Shown: in pieces, positions 35,001 to 48,943 of the stretch | Layout of the letters: each line of letters opens with the position of its first letter | Numbering within the stretch: position 1 is the first letter of the stretch | Source of the DNA: Diplonema japonicum | Taxonomy: Eukaryota > Protista > Euglenozoa: Diplonemea | DNA length: 64,000 nt | Assembly (NCBI GenBank): GCA_964019335.1 | Contig: OZ025673.1 | Location: 434,001-498,000, forward strand | Direction of reading: 5' to 3' | Notes under the pieces: model-generated | Told to the model about the DNA's origin: nothing | Database searches by the model: none | Seen by the model: the letters and a program-made list of their open reading frames with translations, nothing else | Position numbers and translations under genes: made by a program

Positions 35001-38000
35001 TAAACGAACAGCAGACAGTGGCTCCCCCGCAAGCTCTTGTCCTGTAGCTGCAAGCTGCTGGGGTGCCTTTAACAAGGTTTCCGGGAACACATAAATGTTC
35101 AGATAGTGCTTTAATGCAACAAGGGACTTTCGCAAGATCTTGAACAAGAAGTCCACTTGCTCGGGATCACGTATGTCTAGCACTTCCAATGGCCACACAT
35201 TTTGTCGCAGATCTGCCTCATCTAACTCCGACATATCCTCGATGTCCTCCGACAGCTTCAGCTCTGGCACGTCAGGTGCAGCCACCTTGTCCCGCTTCCC
35301 AAACAGGTATGTGCCGTCCCAAGAGAAACCGCGCACTCTGCAGTTGGCCCTTCTGAGCCATTCCACATACAGCCTAATGGCAGTTCGCTGCCTGTATGGG
35401 ATGCCTGCTTCTTCTAGCATATGGTCCTTCATCATCTGCAGCAGATTCTTGAAGTCCTGGTACCTCAAACCATCAAACCTATACGAGAGGGACGTGAAGC
35501 CGATGACGACATCGGGGTTCTGGAACTCAGAAGAGGCAGATGGAGTGTCTTTGCCCACGAAGGGCACGGCGAGAAGCCTCCTGCTCTTAGGTGTGCGCGG
35601 GTCCAACACCAAGGCACGCTCAAGCTCTTCCTCCCTGAGGGTACCGAAGTTGACACGGTGCACACGACGCAGGATGTGCGGCAGGAAAACGTGGATCCAG
35701 TCGGCTGTTAAGTTTAGCAACTTCAAATCGTGGTCTCGGCACATGCGCTGGATCCTCTCGGCAAGGCTAGCAGGCGGTGTTTTAGGTGCTGCTAAGAACT
35801 TAAGGATCTCCTCGTTACTGAGATCAACAGCAAACTTCTTCGACCTGAGCCACAGCAAGGCCCATCGGCTGAGGGGTGCAACCATCTCGTTGTCATAGAA
35901 CTCCCTGGACAGCAGGCAGATATGAGGTATTGATTGCATTGCACGCTGCGTCACTCCCTTCTGGATGATTTGAGCGACGTCCTCGGCAATTGCAGTGGCG
36001 TCCTTCAGGCCGTCGAAGTAGGTCAGCTCTTTCGTTGTTGAATAGTGGATGACGTCGATCAGCTGCCAGGGAAGCTGGTAACGTAGACCTGCTTCCACCT
36101 TTTCATCGCCCATAGTCATGTCCAGTGGCACTTTTAGGCCCAGCGGCCAGTTCAACTCCGACTTCAAAGGATGTAGTAAAAGATCGACTTCGTCCATCAG
36201 CATCACGCCGCCTTTGATGATGGTGTGGAGTTTTTTACACAACACAATCTTGGTCTTAAGCACGCTGATGTCCTCGACGGCAAGGGTGCGCGTTTCATTG
36301 CTGCCGAGAATGGCGTCTTTCATACGCGTCAGGCGCCCTCTGCCCTCCTTCTCATTCTTCTCAGCCTCAGCAACGAGCCTATTAACATCTAGCTTCTCAA
36401 GCAGTTCGATGAGCTTCAAGAGCACAGACTTCAGGGCTGAAGGGTGTGCTACAAGCACAGCACGTTGGTACACAGCACCCTCTACCTTCTGTATGAGAAG
36501 GGGCGTCGGTTCTGACACTCTGTTGAAGTCGAAGACCATGACAGGCTTGGGGAGCACTGGGTTGCTGAACTTCTCGCGCAAGACAGTTCTTGAGAACTCA
36601 ACGAGCGCCCTTGGCATGCACGCCGTGATGAGTCTCTTCCCATCACTGAGGATCAATGCTAGCAAAGGCACAATGACAGTTGTCTTGCCCTGTCCCATCA
36701 ACATCTGGTGGCACAGTGACGTGTCCGCAGACACAGCGTTCATGAACTTAGACAGCAGCGCCACCTGCCCCTCACGCAGTAGGATGCTGAACAGGAACTC
36801 GAACACTAGCAGTCTTGGATCGAATGAAAACACCTCCCCGTTCCCAACAGCGTAGTAGCGCCTCGCGGCAAGCTGCTTCCCCAGGTCCTGACGCTTCAGC
36901 TTCACAGCTAGCGCGTCGTCAGGGTTGACTTGCAGCTGCGTCTTCAACGATTTCAATGCCTCAATGCACCGGAGCGTCTGTGCAATCCTCACGTTGAGGT
37001 ACAGCCACTTGGAAATGTCGATCCACAGGGACGCGTCTACAGCAGGGTTCAGTCGCCTGATCATCTCCTCGCCGTTCATGCTCAGCAAGGCACGTACAAG
37101 GTGCGGCATGTCCAGGTACAGTGTCTTACCGCCTGTTCTTGAAAGCCATCCGGACGACGGGTTCGCCTTGCTCAATGCTTGTTTTGCTATCACCGCTGCT
37201 GCTTGGGTATCAGTGTCCTTGCGAGTCACAAGAAGCTTGTACAGCCCGTCCAGATCGTTCACGTTGGCGGTGGGGATGCTGCGGGTTTCAAGCTGCTTCT
37301 CGTGAAGTTTAGCATCCTTCAAGAGACGGTCCTTGAATCGCTTCGCAATTGTGTCGGTATGCATGGCATTGAGTGCAAGCTGGAAGTTAGACATGGTGCT
37401 GACCATCTGTACAGGGATGTGGGTGGTGTGGACAGAGGAGATGTCGTTGAGGGGCGCGTCGAAGGAGGTGCCTGCAGGGGGGACGTGTGTTATCTTCTTC
37501 ACACCGCAGTCCACGTCATTTGTGAAGGGGATGGCAAGCCACCTGGCATCTTCAGTGATGCTCTGGTTGAGTATCAGATGCGGCTCATACGTCGGCATCA
37601 ATGAAGGCGTCATAAACAGCAGCTGCTCCTTGTGTTCTACCATTAGCTCGACGATCTCGTTGACTAGCTTCTGTCCTGCAGAACCTGCCTTGAAGGTGGA
37701 CTTGTTGACAGCAGGGTCGTCTGGGAACAACGGCAGCAGGCTGACAAACCCGTTGTTAAGGTCAAGCACCTTGATGATGCTTATAAGCAGAGAGGTCTTA
37801 GCGGCTTCCTTCGAATGTCTAGCGAGGAGAGCAGAGACAGCCTTAAAGTTATCGTCGTCACAAACAGAAACCTTGAGTGTGCCGGACATCAGCTCGTAGA
37901 GCAAGAAGAAGTGAATGTGTGACGTGTGTTCTATAAGATTGTCGATGAAGTGTATACCCTGCGCGCCTTGCATCCACTGCGATGCAGGACGTGTGTACTG

Positions 38001-41000
38001 TCCTGCAGTGGAAAAGGCCTCGCCCCAGTCAGGCTTCCCGCTCACTGCCGCCTTCGCCGAAACAGAGTCGTAAGTCTTCTTCACCGGCAGCCACGGCTCA
38101 TCCAGAGTGAGGGGCTCCTTGCTGGCGGTTAAGATCTTCCACCTGTTGCTAATGTTGGCATCTGATGTTTTCTGGCTGAACGGCGTAAGAAGCCTCTTCT
38201 CATCCGGCAGCACCAAGGCAGAGCCAGCGCTCACGTCGTTTCTTCGCTTCATGTACTTAGCCACTTCACGCCTCAGCCCCCAAGATGGCTGCATCTCCTC
38301 CCCAAATGGTGAAAACACCAAGCTCAGTCTCAGCTTGCACGCAACAGCATCCGCGTGGCTGTCATGCTGCAACGCGAGAATGAGCCTCCCCCACAGCTGC
38401 CTCTCCTCGCCAGTGGTGGCTTCACTCAAGCAGTAGCAAAGGTTTGAAAGCTTCTCGAACTGCCTTGTAAGGGCGAGACACAGGGCCAAGTAGAAACTGC
38501 TTGCCAACGTGGGTGTAAATAAGAAAGTTCTTGAAAGGTGCACTGGGAACAAGTAATGCTTTGCAGCGTCACCTAAGCCATCCAGCCACGCGGGCTCCCC
38601 TCTACGGAAGCGAACTTCAGACGACACGGCTTCAAGCCATGAGGGGCTTGACGACGAAGTCAAGATGGGATGGTTCCACCCCAGCTGCTGCAGCGGTAAG
38701 CCTTCGCTGAACTGGTCGCTGTTGCAGCCCATTGGCTGTGTCGCTGTACCTGAACATCCTCGCGGTCCAGGGAGTTCCTTAGGCTCTGGCATTTCATGTG
38801 GCCTTGAGGACACGATGATCTCTGTCTCAATAGCAGCGTCTGCCGTCACACCGTTCTCGAACATGCACCGCACGGTGCCAGCTCGTGAGCCGCACGTCAA
38901 TACAATGCCTTCTGTGCCCGGGGGTACCGAGTCTTCCACTTGCCTTGTTGACAGGACCTTGCTGCCAGCTGCTGTGCACTGCATTTTGTCGTGCATTGGC
39001 TCCGAAGCTGATGTGAGGACAAAAAGTTCACCGGAAGCGTTCTTGAGGACAACACACCCGCCGCCTACTTCTTTAATCAATTCAGCTGCTTCCGGGTCGG
39101 TGACAGCGTCGAGGCACAGCTCCATCCCAGAATGCTGGTCGCAGTACATTCTCCCGTTTTTACAAAAGAACGACAGCTTCACTCTTGGAAGCTCGACAGT
39201 GCTTAGAACGCCATCCTCGGTTGCCCACGCAAGAATCTGCGATAGGTTCTCCAGTCGTGTCAGGCACTCTGCGATCGTCGACACCCGCCCGTCCATCAGG
39301 TTCAGCAGCTGCTCTGGTGGTTTGCTGGGGTCGTCTTCAAGACCTTCAGCACCTTCATGCTGTGCTTGCTTCCATATGCGTCCGTAAGCATCACGATTTT
39401 CAGTTGGAATGATTTCGACAGACAGACGCATCTTTGTTGTAGCTCTTTTAGAGGTGTCGTAGCCCGTTAAGGTGTTGGTGCTGTTCGTCTGCCAGAACGT
39501 GTACCCCTCGAGAAGGGCATCAGGCAGCAGCCCCAGAAGCAGCCTGTGAGGGATGTAGGTCTGTGTCCCGAGGGTCTTGTTGATGGTGCGCGTGATGACG
39601 AGCGAAGGTGCTGGGGAATCGAAGTGGGATGCAGACCCCGCAACGAGCTGCATGTTCCCGCCCAGGCGCTGCATCCTCTGAGGAACAATAGATGCCAGTG
39701 GGCCCCCACCGTAATGAGGTGAGTGGAAGCTCCACGTAGCGTTTGACGTGTAGCGTTGCGTACGATAGAAGCGACGGCCATGCTCGAGAACATCATAGAC
39801 ATGGACTGTGGCTTGGCTGCGCCACACAAAGGCCTCCTTTAACTGCTGCTTGCCATCCTCGCCTGTGTCGTACCCATAAAGCCTCGCGTATGGGGCATCG
39901 GCTATGCTGCGTCTTGTGAGGTACCATTTGATTTCCATCAGAGCAGGGGTGGCTTGCCTCACAGGCTCGAATATTTTCCCCACCCACTGCTCATCGGCAT
40001 TTATCCCATCGAACAGCATCCCCGAAAGTGAATTCGCAGCTTCGTACCTTCTTGAGTCCAAAACACTTGAAATGGGGACAGGTCCCCTGTCATCAGCATC
40101 CCAATGCTCCAGATCATGCCTTCTCCCCACCAGCCTCATCCAATGTCTTCGAGACGTCAGTGCAACGTCAGCGCTGTGGATGTCTCCCTCGTCTGCAAAT
40201 ACCTTTTTGAAGTCGGGGAATTCAAGAACCTCCAAGGGCACCAGTCGTAGCTCCTGCTTGCGTAGGGAAAATTCACCGAAGTTGAAGTTCAGCAGCAATG
40301 CATCTGGACCTTCGGTAACCCTCAGTAACCACGGGATGTAAGTCTCACCCGGACGTGGGTCCATCCACTCCTCTGTGACAGCATGGGTGTCAGGTACGAG
40401 GGCACCGTGTATATTGGCAGGCTGCACCCAGGTCCGCAGAGGCTGCGGCGGAACATCTGGGTTTGCTTTGAAGATATCACCAGTCAGTGTGGCGACACGC
40501 ACCACTGCCTCAGGGATGGCGCCGTCCTTCTGCTGCTGCAGCCACTTCCAAATAGGGCGCCTGTGCATCTCAAAAGTGTCGAACAATTCCATATCAGTCA
40601 CGCACAGCCCTTCGAAGCCCCATCGATGGAAGTTGCTCAGGAACACCTGCGCTGCGAGCAGAGTACCCACTGTGCAGAAGTCGTAGTCGTGCACTCCGAT
40701 GTTCCTGAACACTATCGCAAGGTGCGCATACGACCGGCACGCCGCTGCTGTGTTGTTTAGCTTGGTGGCCCTGCGGATCCACCGCGAGAGGAACCTGAAG
40801 ACAGGACCGCTCAGAGTGCTTCGCAAATGCTTTGCATTCTCTAACAGGATCTTGTATACTGGTGTGTCGATGCTGTTGCACAAGCCTCGCACACCCGATC
40901 GGAGGACAGATCCAGCGTGCTTGTGGATACCGCTGTGTTCTTCAGCGTGCCTGCATGCATACTGCAGGAAGCCCTCGACCCTCACCGCCAACCTCACAAT

Positions 41001-44000
41001 GTACAGCATCAAGGGGGCGTTTGGTGAGTCAAACCTTCCAGAGTCCTTCTCAAGGGCGTACTCCAGCAGCACGTTGACAGCCTTCAGCGTCACATCCGGC
41101 GACCTCAAAATCTCGTTGAATAACAGACCTGTACTTGTGTTCAGATGGTCACGCGTCTCTGCAGGGACCACTGTGGGACGCGAAGGGTCAAGAGCTTCTT
41201 GGAAAGTCGATGGCTCGAACAGCACTGCATCTAGGATCGCTTGGACGGAAGGTTCCACTAAGCAGTGGAGACGTTCCCTCTCAGCAAAGAAACCAAGCAC
41301 CATAGGGATTCTGAGGTACGGGGCCGTCAGCATGGTGATGAGGAGTTCGCTCTCCGACTGCTTCAGGGCATTGTCAAAGTCGGGCAGTTTTGTAATGAAC
41401 AAAACGTCATCCTCCGTATCGACCCTCTCCCCAGCAAGGATCGATGGGTCGGCGTGCGACAAGTTTCTTGGTGTCCGCGACCTACTGAACACACTTCCGA
41501 CGCGCTTTGCAAGCTTCGTAAAAACGTTCTGATCTTTCTCCTTGTGCTTGTTCTTCGGTCGAAGACACGCACTGTTCAAAACCTTCCCGAACCCTGACAC
41601 TGTCAGGTCGGTGCCTTCTGCCTCCCACACAAGGTTGGCATCCCTAGAAGTCCACGGCTTACCCGACTCAGGGAGGTCTTCAATGTTAGGGGCCAGCAGC
41701 ATCCTCAGCAGGAAGGTCGTATCGCGCAGGATAAACAGCTCCTCGCAAGCTTCGGCCAGCTCCGGCCGCTCCCCTGACAAGAGCTTCGCTGCCTGCGCTC
41801 CAGCATAGGACTCGATACCCAGAGAGACAGCCAACTGGATGATCAGTTGCTCGTCACCAGCCCCAATGTGCACGCCATTTTCGAATGCGAATAACAGATG
41901 TTCGTCAGGTAAGTCCAGTCTTTGCTGTGCAAAGTAGTCAAGCACCTGTGTCCTTAGACCCACCAACTCAGGGATGCATAGAAGCAAGTTGTCAGTTTGG
42001 TTTGCCATCTCACTCATATCGATGCCAAAAGGGTGCACTGGACCACGCGCCAGCCCACTGTAGTGCATAGAAAAGAGACTCGGGCTGTCGCTAGCCTGCG
42101 TTCGGCACAAAATGTCCATTAAGGCCATGAGCCCAGATGCGATGAGGATACGCGCACCGTCAGTCTCCCTGTCTGTGCGTAGCGTACATGCAACAGCTGT
42201 AAAATGCCTGCACAGCTTGCCTACTAGCGAGATCAGCGACTCTTGCTCTGCCCATGTGATCGACACACACCGCCAGAAGCAGGAGTGAACATCGACGTGA
42301 TTAACGTGCAAAGGCATTGGCAAAACCCTTGTTACGAGGTGCGAGACAAAGGCAAAGCGGAGCTGCACAGAGTTTTTCTGAGAGTGCTGATTGGCAAGCA
42401 GCGTGAGCGCCTCGACAGCTTTCTTCAATACGATGATCGCCTCCCGTGGCGAGTTCACGGTTTCGGGCAGCTCCGCCAAGGGCACCGGGATAAGGATCTT
42501 CGGGGCGGCCTTGTCACCCGCAAAAATGTTGGTGTCGGTGTCTCTGCGGAGGGAACCCCAAAGGGGGAAGGCAAAGGCGTTGTTGCAGTTGAGGCTGACT
42601 GCAGAGGGCAGCGGCTGCGAGATATTGTTAGTGGAGCTTTTAACTGTTAACGCTTTTTGTCCCTTCTCAAGCAGGGTCCTGAGGTGAGCGATGTCCTGAT
42701 CGCTTGCCTTGCGTAAGGAGGCAAGGCCTGCTGTTGTTTTCAGTGCCATGCTTAGCATCACGCTGTCCGCCTGTGTCATGGCGGCGCCTTTTTGGATGTT
42801 AGATGAAGCGGACCACACAAGGCAAGCCCTGAGCTGGATCTCGGCGATCCAGTCCGCACGTTGCGGTGCGTGCCCGAGACAGGTCAGTGCGAACCTTGCA
42901 GCTGCAACGCATGTGAGCGCATACGTTTTATCCCCCGCTGGAGGCATCCTTTGCCACCACGAGCCGTTTGTCTCGTCCACAGTACAGCTCGACCTCTGTG
43001 GAGCCCTGCCTAGGTACGGCAACAGCGTCTCGTAGAAGTACTTCGCTGAGTTAGATGTTGCAGGGTACAGGTACGGCCTCCATGCCATGTACCAGAAAAC
43101 ACCGTTAGCAAGGATGTCATGTGGGATGTCCTTGTAGACAATGGGCATAACACGCAGCGTGTCGCATCCCGCAGCAGGCGGCGCGTCCTCCATCTTGGGT
43201 GGATGGTACTCCTTCCCCTCCGACATTGTGACAACGCCAACAGTGTAAAAGCCGTTCGTTTGTCTGAAAATGACAATCAGCGACGCGTGTCCTCTGTCAT
43301 CGGCCGACTCCTCCGTCGGCAACTTCCTAGTCCACCCCACGGGCATCATGGTCAGGTCTCCTTGGTTCATCGTTGCGATTTGTGTTTTAATGCGCGTGAT
43401 GAAGTTCCCAAAGTCGTTCTTGTACTCTGGCACCTGCTGAAGGTTCTTGCTGCTTTCCTTTGACACCCCTACGCATTCCTTGCATTTAAAACCTGACTTC
43501 CGCACAGACCCCTCACGGCCCTGACGGCCGCAGACAACGCATGTAGGCTTGCCACCGGTGCCGCTTTTCCCGCCCAAGTCTTGAAGGGGTGGCACGGTGG
43601 TAGCGACCCTCTTTGCTTCTTGCAAAGCTGCTGCAACCCTTTGCGAGGCGTCGGCTCTGGTGAAGCGAAGCAATTCGCTGACAGTATCGATGGCAGAAGC
43701 TAGCTTGGCCATGGCAGGTTGCTCCAAGGCCCACATCGCCATCACTTCAACATCTTCTCTTGCCAGCTTGGGCGCGATCACGACGGTGTAGCTCAACGTG
43801 CCAGAAGTTTGCAAGCGCTGCACGGTGGCAAGCAGTGACTTCTTCTTGATGATTGGGATTTTGTCGATGGAGTCGATCACCACGTCAGAAGGCACCCCAG
43901 CACGACCCCATGCACCTGACCTCGACACCGACTCGATCACAACACGGTTCTTGTCGTCCTTGTACTCGATGCCTAGTGACTCTTCTGCTTCTGTCAGGTG

Positions 44001-45698
44001 CACCACGTACGAGGTCTTTCCATCGATGCCCTTGTCGTCCACACCCGATTCCGACATTGGCAGCAGCGACTCGCAACATAAGTCAAGCACAGCACGCGAA
44101 CGCAGCAAGTCCAAAGACCCCGTGTCAGGTCTTATCGTGGGCGACGGCTGGCGGGAGGGTACCTTTGCTGCTGGCAGATGCCTTGAAGCATCAACATGAA
44201 TGGGTTGTGCAGAGGGCGATCTTGGTGAAGGTGGTGCGCTGCTGGCGGATCGTATCCACGAATCGCCGTCGTCCCACAGCACCTGCTTCTCGTTGACTTG
44301 AACCAAGGTGGCTTGGGCGAGCGTCACACTGCCTGACTTTGCTACCTTCAAAGGATACGACTTCAGTGATCCGTCCACTCTGTGCACTACAGCCACCTTC
44401 TTTACGGGGTCCACCACCCACAGCTTCTGCTTTCCGTCTCGCCACGAACCTTTCAGCATCTCGAGTTTACTAAGTTTCGTTTCAACTTTCAAATGTCCTG
44501 ACTTAGGTGACTTGCCTGGAGGTGTCTTGGGTGCCGGTGACACTGATCTCTGCTGTTCCGCTCGTGACATGGGGGGGCGCTGTGGCCCTCCAGGCGGTGT
44601 CTTCGGTGGTGTTACAGTTGGCGACGGTGCAGGTGACTGCCTTTCAGGTGCAAGACTGGTGATTTTTCTACGAACAGCAGTGGGGCTCACGGCAATGGGG
44701 TACTGCGGTGTCACCGTGCGCTCGGAAGCTGCAGCGTGCTGGGGTGACACTGCAGGTGCCACGGCAGCCTGTTGCGCAATAGTAGGCTGAAAGACAGAAG
44801 CTTGCTGCAAAGCCGCTGAAGTGTGCTGCAGCACAGCAGTGGTAGATTGCGAACTTGGCACATGCTGTGTGACAATAGAAGGCAAAGAATCCACAGCGGC
44901 CTGCTGTGGCACGTGTGTCATTGCCGTGTCAACTGCTTGCGGGGAAAAGCTGGAATGGTGCGGAGTCGCCGAAGGACGGGTTGAAGCAGCAGGCTTCGTG
45001 GTTGGCTGGGCTGCGGTAGCGGGAGAAGCAGCAGGCGGGAGTGTGACGATCGGTGGCTGCATCGTTTGCACGGCTGGCTGAGCAGCAAAGGGTGGTGGTG
45101 ATACAAAAACAGATGAAGTGCCGTGCTTCTCTGGGCTGCGCGAGGGGCTTGTTGAGATCCTGTGGCGTACAGCACGGGGTTCCCCTTGGGGCTGCTGCGT
45201 CGGTGTAGGGGAGACAGAAGTTGAAACATTTCCCGCAGACGATACTGCAGGTTCGGATATGGCAGAAACGGGGGTAGGAGAAGAAGCAGGGGGCGACGCA
45301 GAGCCGGTAGATAGAGACGGACTCTGCGATGGTATGGGCGGCGCGTCGAAGGGGCTGGGGGAGCTCTGCCATGTGGTGGTCGAAGAAGTCTGCCAAAGAG
45401 AGGCAGATTCTGCAGCCGACTGGGCAGGAGGGGCGGGCTTTGAGGGCTTCGCCTTGGCAGCCTCCTCAGCCATTAGCTCAGCAAGGAAGTCATCAGCTTT
45501 GCTTGCGACAGTTTTCGTCACCTGGCCCGGGACAGAGGAAGAACTCGCCACAACAGGGGGACTGTTCCCTCCCGCCTTACCTCGGATAGTAGTCGTCGCT
45601 GCCTTGAACAAATCAGCCAACTCATCTTCTTCCTCTGCATGTGTTTTTTTGGATTTCCCACCACCGAACAGCGCCGCCTTCTCTTTCACACTACTCAT
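31431..45698 (-). CDS. Giant (~4704 aa) DUF3638/DUF3645-type P-loop protein with PDZ, EF-hands and C-terminal PX domain
   Basis: QMLMGQGKTTVIVPLL, DEVDLLLHPLKSELNWP, LLAVPFVGKDTPS, QAAYRMRG, (QE)n; PX motif VYKRYNNFFDL...FPPK...EERR. Introns 33297-33341, 32232-32274, 32019-32083. Confidence 0.85.
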
Positions 45699-45903
45699 CT
45701 GGCCTGCACCTGTTTCTTGGTTTTTCCGCACAGACCAATACAAGAAGAAAGAATACCAATACGTAATGTATAAAGAAAGGGTTAAATAGAGGGGAAGAAG
45801 AAGAAAAAAAAAAGACCAACCCCCATTAAAACGTTTTTTTTTTTTTTTTTTTTTTTTTTTTGTTCCCTCTGAATTCTTTCATTTTCCGTTCTCCCCGTGT
45901 CTC

Positions 45904-46524
45904 CTAAAAGCCTTCCCCCGTGAACACAGGCGGTTTGCTGTAAATGTCTCGAATTTTGAACGCGTGCTTCATAAATCTCTCCTTGTGGTGCTCCTCGAAG
46001 GCCTTGGCGGTAATGAGGTTCTCTGTTGAGGAAAGCCCACCTGTACGTGCATGGTCGGGGAAAAGACGGCCTTCAAGATGGTCGTACTCATGCTGAAGAG
46101 TTCCTGCAAGGTGGCCTTCTGCCTCTACTGTGAAGGGCTTGCCTTCAGTGTTCAAAGCTGTGACACGAACTCTGGCGAATCTATCAACCTGGCCCCGAAA
46201 TCCAGGGACGGAGAGACACCCTTCCCATAGTTCGATCCGCTCGTCTGTCAAGATTTCCATCTCCGGATTTACGAAGACTGTGAGGGGGAAGGCAGGCTTG
46301 TAAGGATACCGAGGGTTGTTCCCCGATCCATATGCAACAAACACCCTTTCAGGCCTCCCAATCTGAGGGGCAGCAATGCCAGCCCCGTTCGCGTCTTTCA
46401 TTGCACCTATCATTTCATCCACAAGGGACTTGACCTTCTGCCCACCAAAGTCCTCCATGTTCACCTTGTGCGTCATCATACGCAGGGCAGGGTCACCTAA
46501 TTCTCTGATCAGCGCACGTGTCAT
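45904..46524 (-). CDS. def: Peptide deformylase
   Basis: All three PDF motifs present: GAGIAAPQIG, EGCLSV, QHEYDHLEG. Confidence 0.95.
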   Translation of the reverse strand: MTRALIRELGDPALRMMTHKVNMEDFGGQKVKSLVDEMIGAMKDANGAGIAAPQIGRPERVFVAYGSGNNPRYPYKPAFPLTVFVNPEMEILTDERIELWEGCLSVPGFRGQVDRFARVRVTALNTEGKPFTVEAEGHLAGTLQHEYDHLEGRLFPDHARTGGLSSTENLITAKAFEEHHKERFMKHAFKIRDIYSKPPVFTGEGF

Positions 46525-46606
46525 TTTTTTTTTTTTTTTTTGGCTCCTTTTTTTTTTTTAAAATGATAATTTTTTAAATGAAAAAAAAAAAAAAAAAAAA
46601 AAAAGA

Positions 46607-46649
46607 GAGACATTTAAGGGCACCTGCGGTATGTGGCAGGACGCCTGAA
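46607..46649 (-). repeat. Solo copy of the retroelement 3' hairpin (43 bp)
   Basis: 41/43 identical to 49428-49470; followed by (TC)poly(T) on the minus strand. Confidence 0.85.
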
Positions 46650-46677
46650 AAAATGGCAAACAAAAGACGTCTCGAAG

Positions 46678-46728
<51 letters not shown>

Positions 46729-47959
46729 CTCTCTTCTTTTTTTTCGAGGGTTAACAGAAGCACCGCCCCTGCTTTTCGGTTTTGTGTGTCCGGTCAGTGA
46801 GACGAACCAAAAAGGCCATAAGTATGGTTGCATGCTCTCTTCTAAAATTGTTGTCAAAACACACGGTTGTAAACGGTGCAAACGGTTAACCTTGAAAAAC
46901 TTTGTTTTTTTTTCGGAGAGGGGGGGGGGGGGGGGGGGAAACCTGTAAAAAGACGGTACTCTCCTCAACGGGTTTTCGTTCTTACTATTATTCTTATTAT
47001 TTTTTTTTTGAAGGGAAGAAATAAAATAAAAAAAAGCCGCACGCACTGACCCAACTTTCTTTTTTAAATCTCACTACCCCCCGTTCACTCCAGACAGGGC
47101 GAATAACACAATCGTCCAACTGATATAAAGAGGGAAAAAAGGGGGGGGGGGAGGGGGTAGTTTATTTGTAAGTCGAAGAACAAGCAAGCAGAAGGGGAGA
47201 GGGAGGGTGTGTGATTTATTTCTTTTGATTTTTTTTTCGTTTTTTTTTTTTTCTTTCATTTTTTTCTTCTTCCAATTCCTCCTCCTCCTTCGATTAGAAA
47301 GGTAAGCAATAACTTTTTTTTTTTTCCAACAACAACAACAAAAAAAGACTATTCATTATATCCCTTTTTCTTTTTCTTTTCCCTTCTTCTTTCCCTCTGG
47401 TTTATATGTGACAAAAGGTTTAAAAAAAAAAAAGATTCTATCAGACAACAAAAAAAATAAAAAAGGAGGAGGAGAAAGAAACTTGCAAACACTCATTTCA
47501 GCAACAGGAGTGAAAGTATACTTGGGGATGACTTACTTTTCCCAAAAGAAAAATATACACCCCGTCCTTTAATGGTTTAAAGGCAATTAAGTATATAAAG
47601 AAGCGACATTTTTTTTCTTCCCCCCCCACACCATGCTGTCTGTAGCCCACGAATTGAAAAATTCTGAACTCTCTCCCCACGGTGTCTTCTTTTTTTTTTC
47701 CCCCTTCTTCTTTTTCTAACCTCCGAGGGAAAGGACAGCACAGCGTGATTAATGAGCACATGCAAGGAAGAAAAAAAAAAAAAAAAAAAAAAAAAAAACA
47801 CCCCCTCTACCTTTTTAAGGCATGGCGGGTTTCGTCCTTTATGAACGAATATTGTAAATCATAGCAGTTAAAGATCATCCACACACACACGAAAGACAGT
47901 TCTTATAGCACAGTAACAGACCAGCACAGATTTTTTTTTTAAAAAAACCTTTTTAAAAC

Positions 47960-48175
47960 CTAATAGGCATATTCCTTGGCTCTGTGAGCCGAGGCCAAAA
48001 CGAGCTTTGTTGTATTAGGTAGCTTGCTGTCATAGAGGAGAGGGTCTTCACCCATCAGGTCTTCAGTCCGTACGCCCGGGGGATTGAAGAAGTTGAACTG
48101 GATGCATATCAGAAGCGAAATCAAAACGGAAGCAGCTACCAAGGCGTTCCACCATCCCTCCCATTTACCTGGCAT
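47960..48175 (-). CDS. Small single-TM protein (71 aa)
   Basis: ORF with hydrophobic helix ALVAASVLISLLICI in a GC-balanced island. Confidence 0.55.
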   Translation of the reverse strand: MPGKWEGWWNALVAASVLISLLICIQFNFFNPPGVRTEDLMGEDPLLYDSKLPNTTKLVLASAHRAKEYAY

Positions 48176-48488
48176 GTTTCCCTTCCCTCCCCCCTCCCTC
48201 CCTCCCCGCCTGAGGTGAGAGTATATTAATAATAAGGCTTATTGAGAGAGCAGCGAACACATGAAGATCAAAAAAAAAAAAATAGGAGAAAAAAAAAACA
48301 CACAAGGCAGTAAATCCCTCTCCCCCTTTTTTTTTTAATTGGGTGGGGCACTACAGGAAAAAAAAAACTTTTAATGTAAAGATAAAACAAAAAAAAAGGA
48401 GCGAAGAGAGTGAAGACAAAAGTGTTTTAAAAAAAAATAGAGCCCCCCCCCCCCCCCCCTCACCCTCCTTCTCTCAAAAAATAAATAA

Positions 48489-48650
48489 CTAGAATGAATC
48501 ATATCCAGAATGTTTCTTCATCTTGGCAAACATAAAAAAAACTAGGTAGGTGAGCATCTGCGAACCCAAGACCAACCCGAGTTGTTGGCCTGTGAATGAG
48601 CCCTCGTGGAGCATGGCGAAGGGACCACCGAGGGCGACAGCAAGGAAACT

Positions 48651-48682
<32 letters not shown>

Positions 48683-48943
48683 GCAACCATACCACCCTGT
48701 AAAAAACCACCCCAAGAAAGCAAACATTGGTACATCACCACTAAAATCGTCCGATTTTTGCATCCCGCATAATGCCAAGGGCAAAGGCGCCAGTATCTGA
48801 GTAAAGAGAATCAGCAGCGGATATGTGTTTTTCTGGTCAACAAGTGTGCAGGCAAAGATATTCATCATTATAGCTATCCCCAGCATGAAGGCTGTCCCGG
48901 TAAGAAGCCACACCGGTCTCCCTTTCCCACTGTCATCAAACAT
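48489..48943 (-). CDS. VPS55: Vps55/OB-RGRP (LEPROT)-family protein (~136 aa)
   Basis: IFACTL...YPLLILFTQILAPLP, FFTG(C)FLAVALGGP..MLH; intron 48649-48692. Confidence 0.85.
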
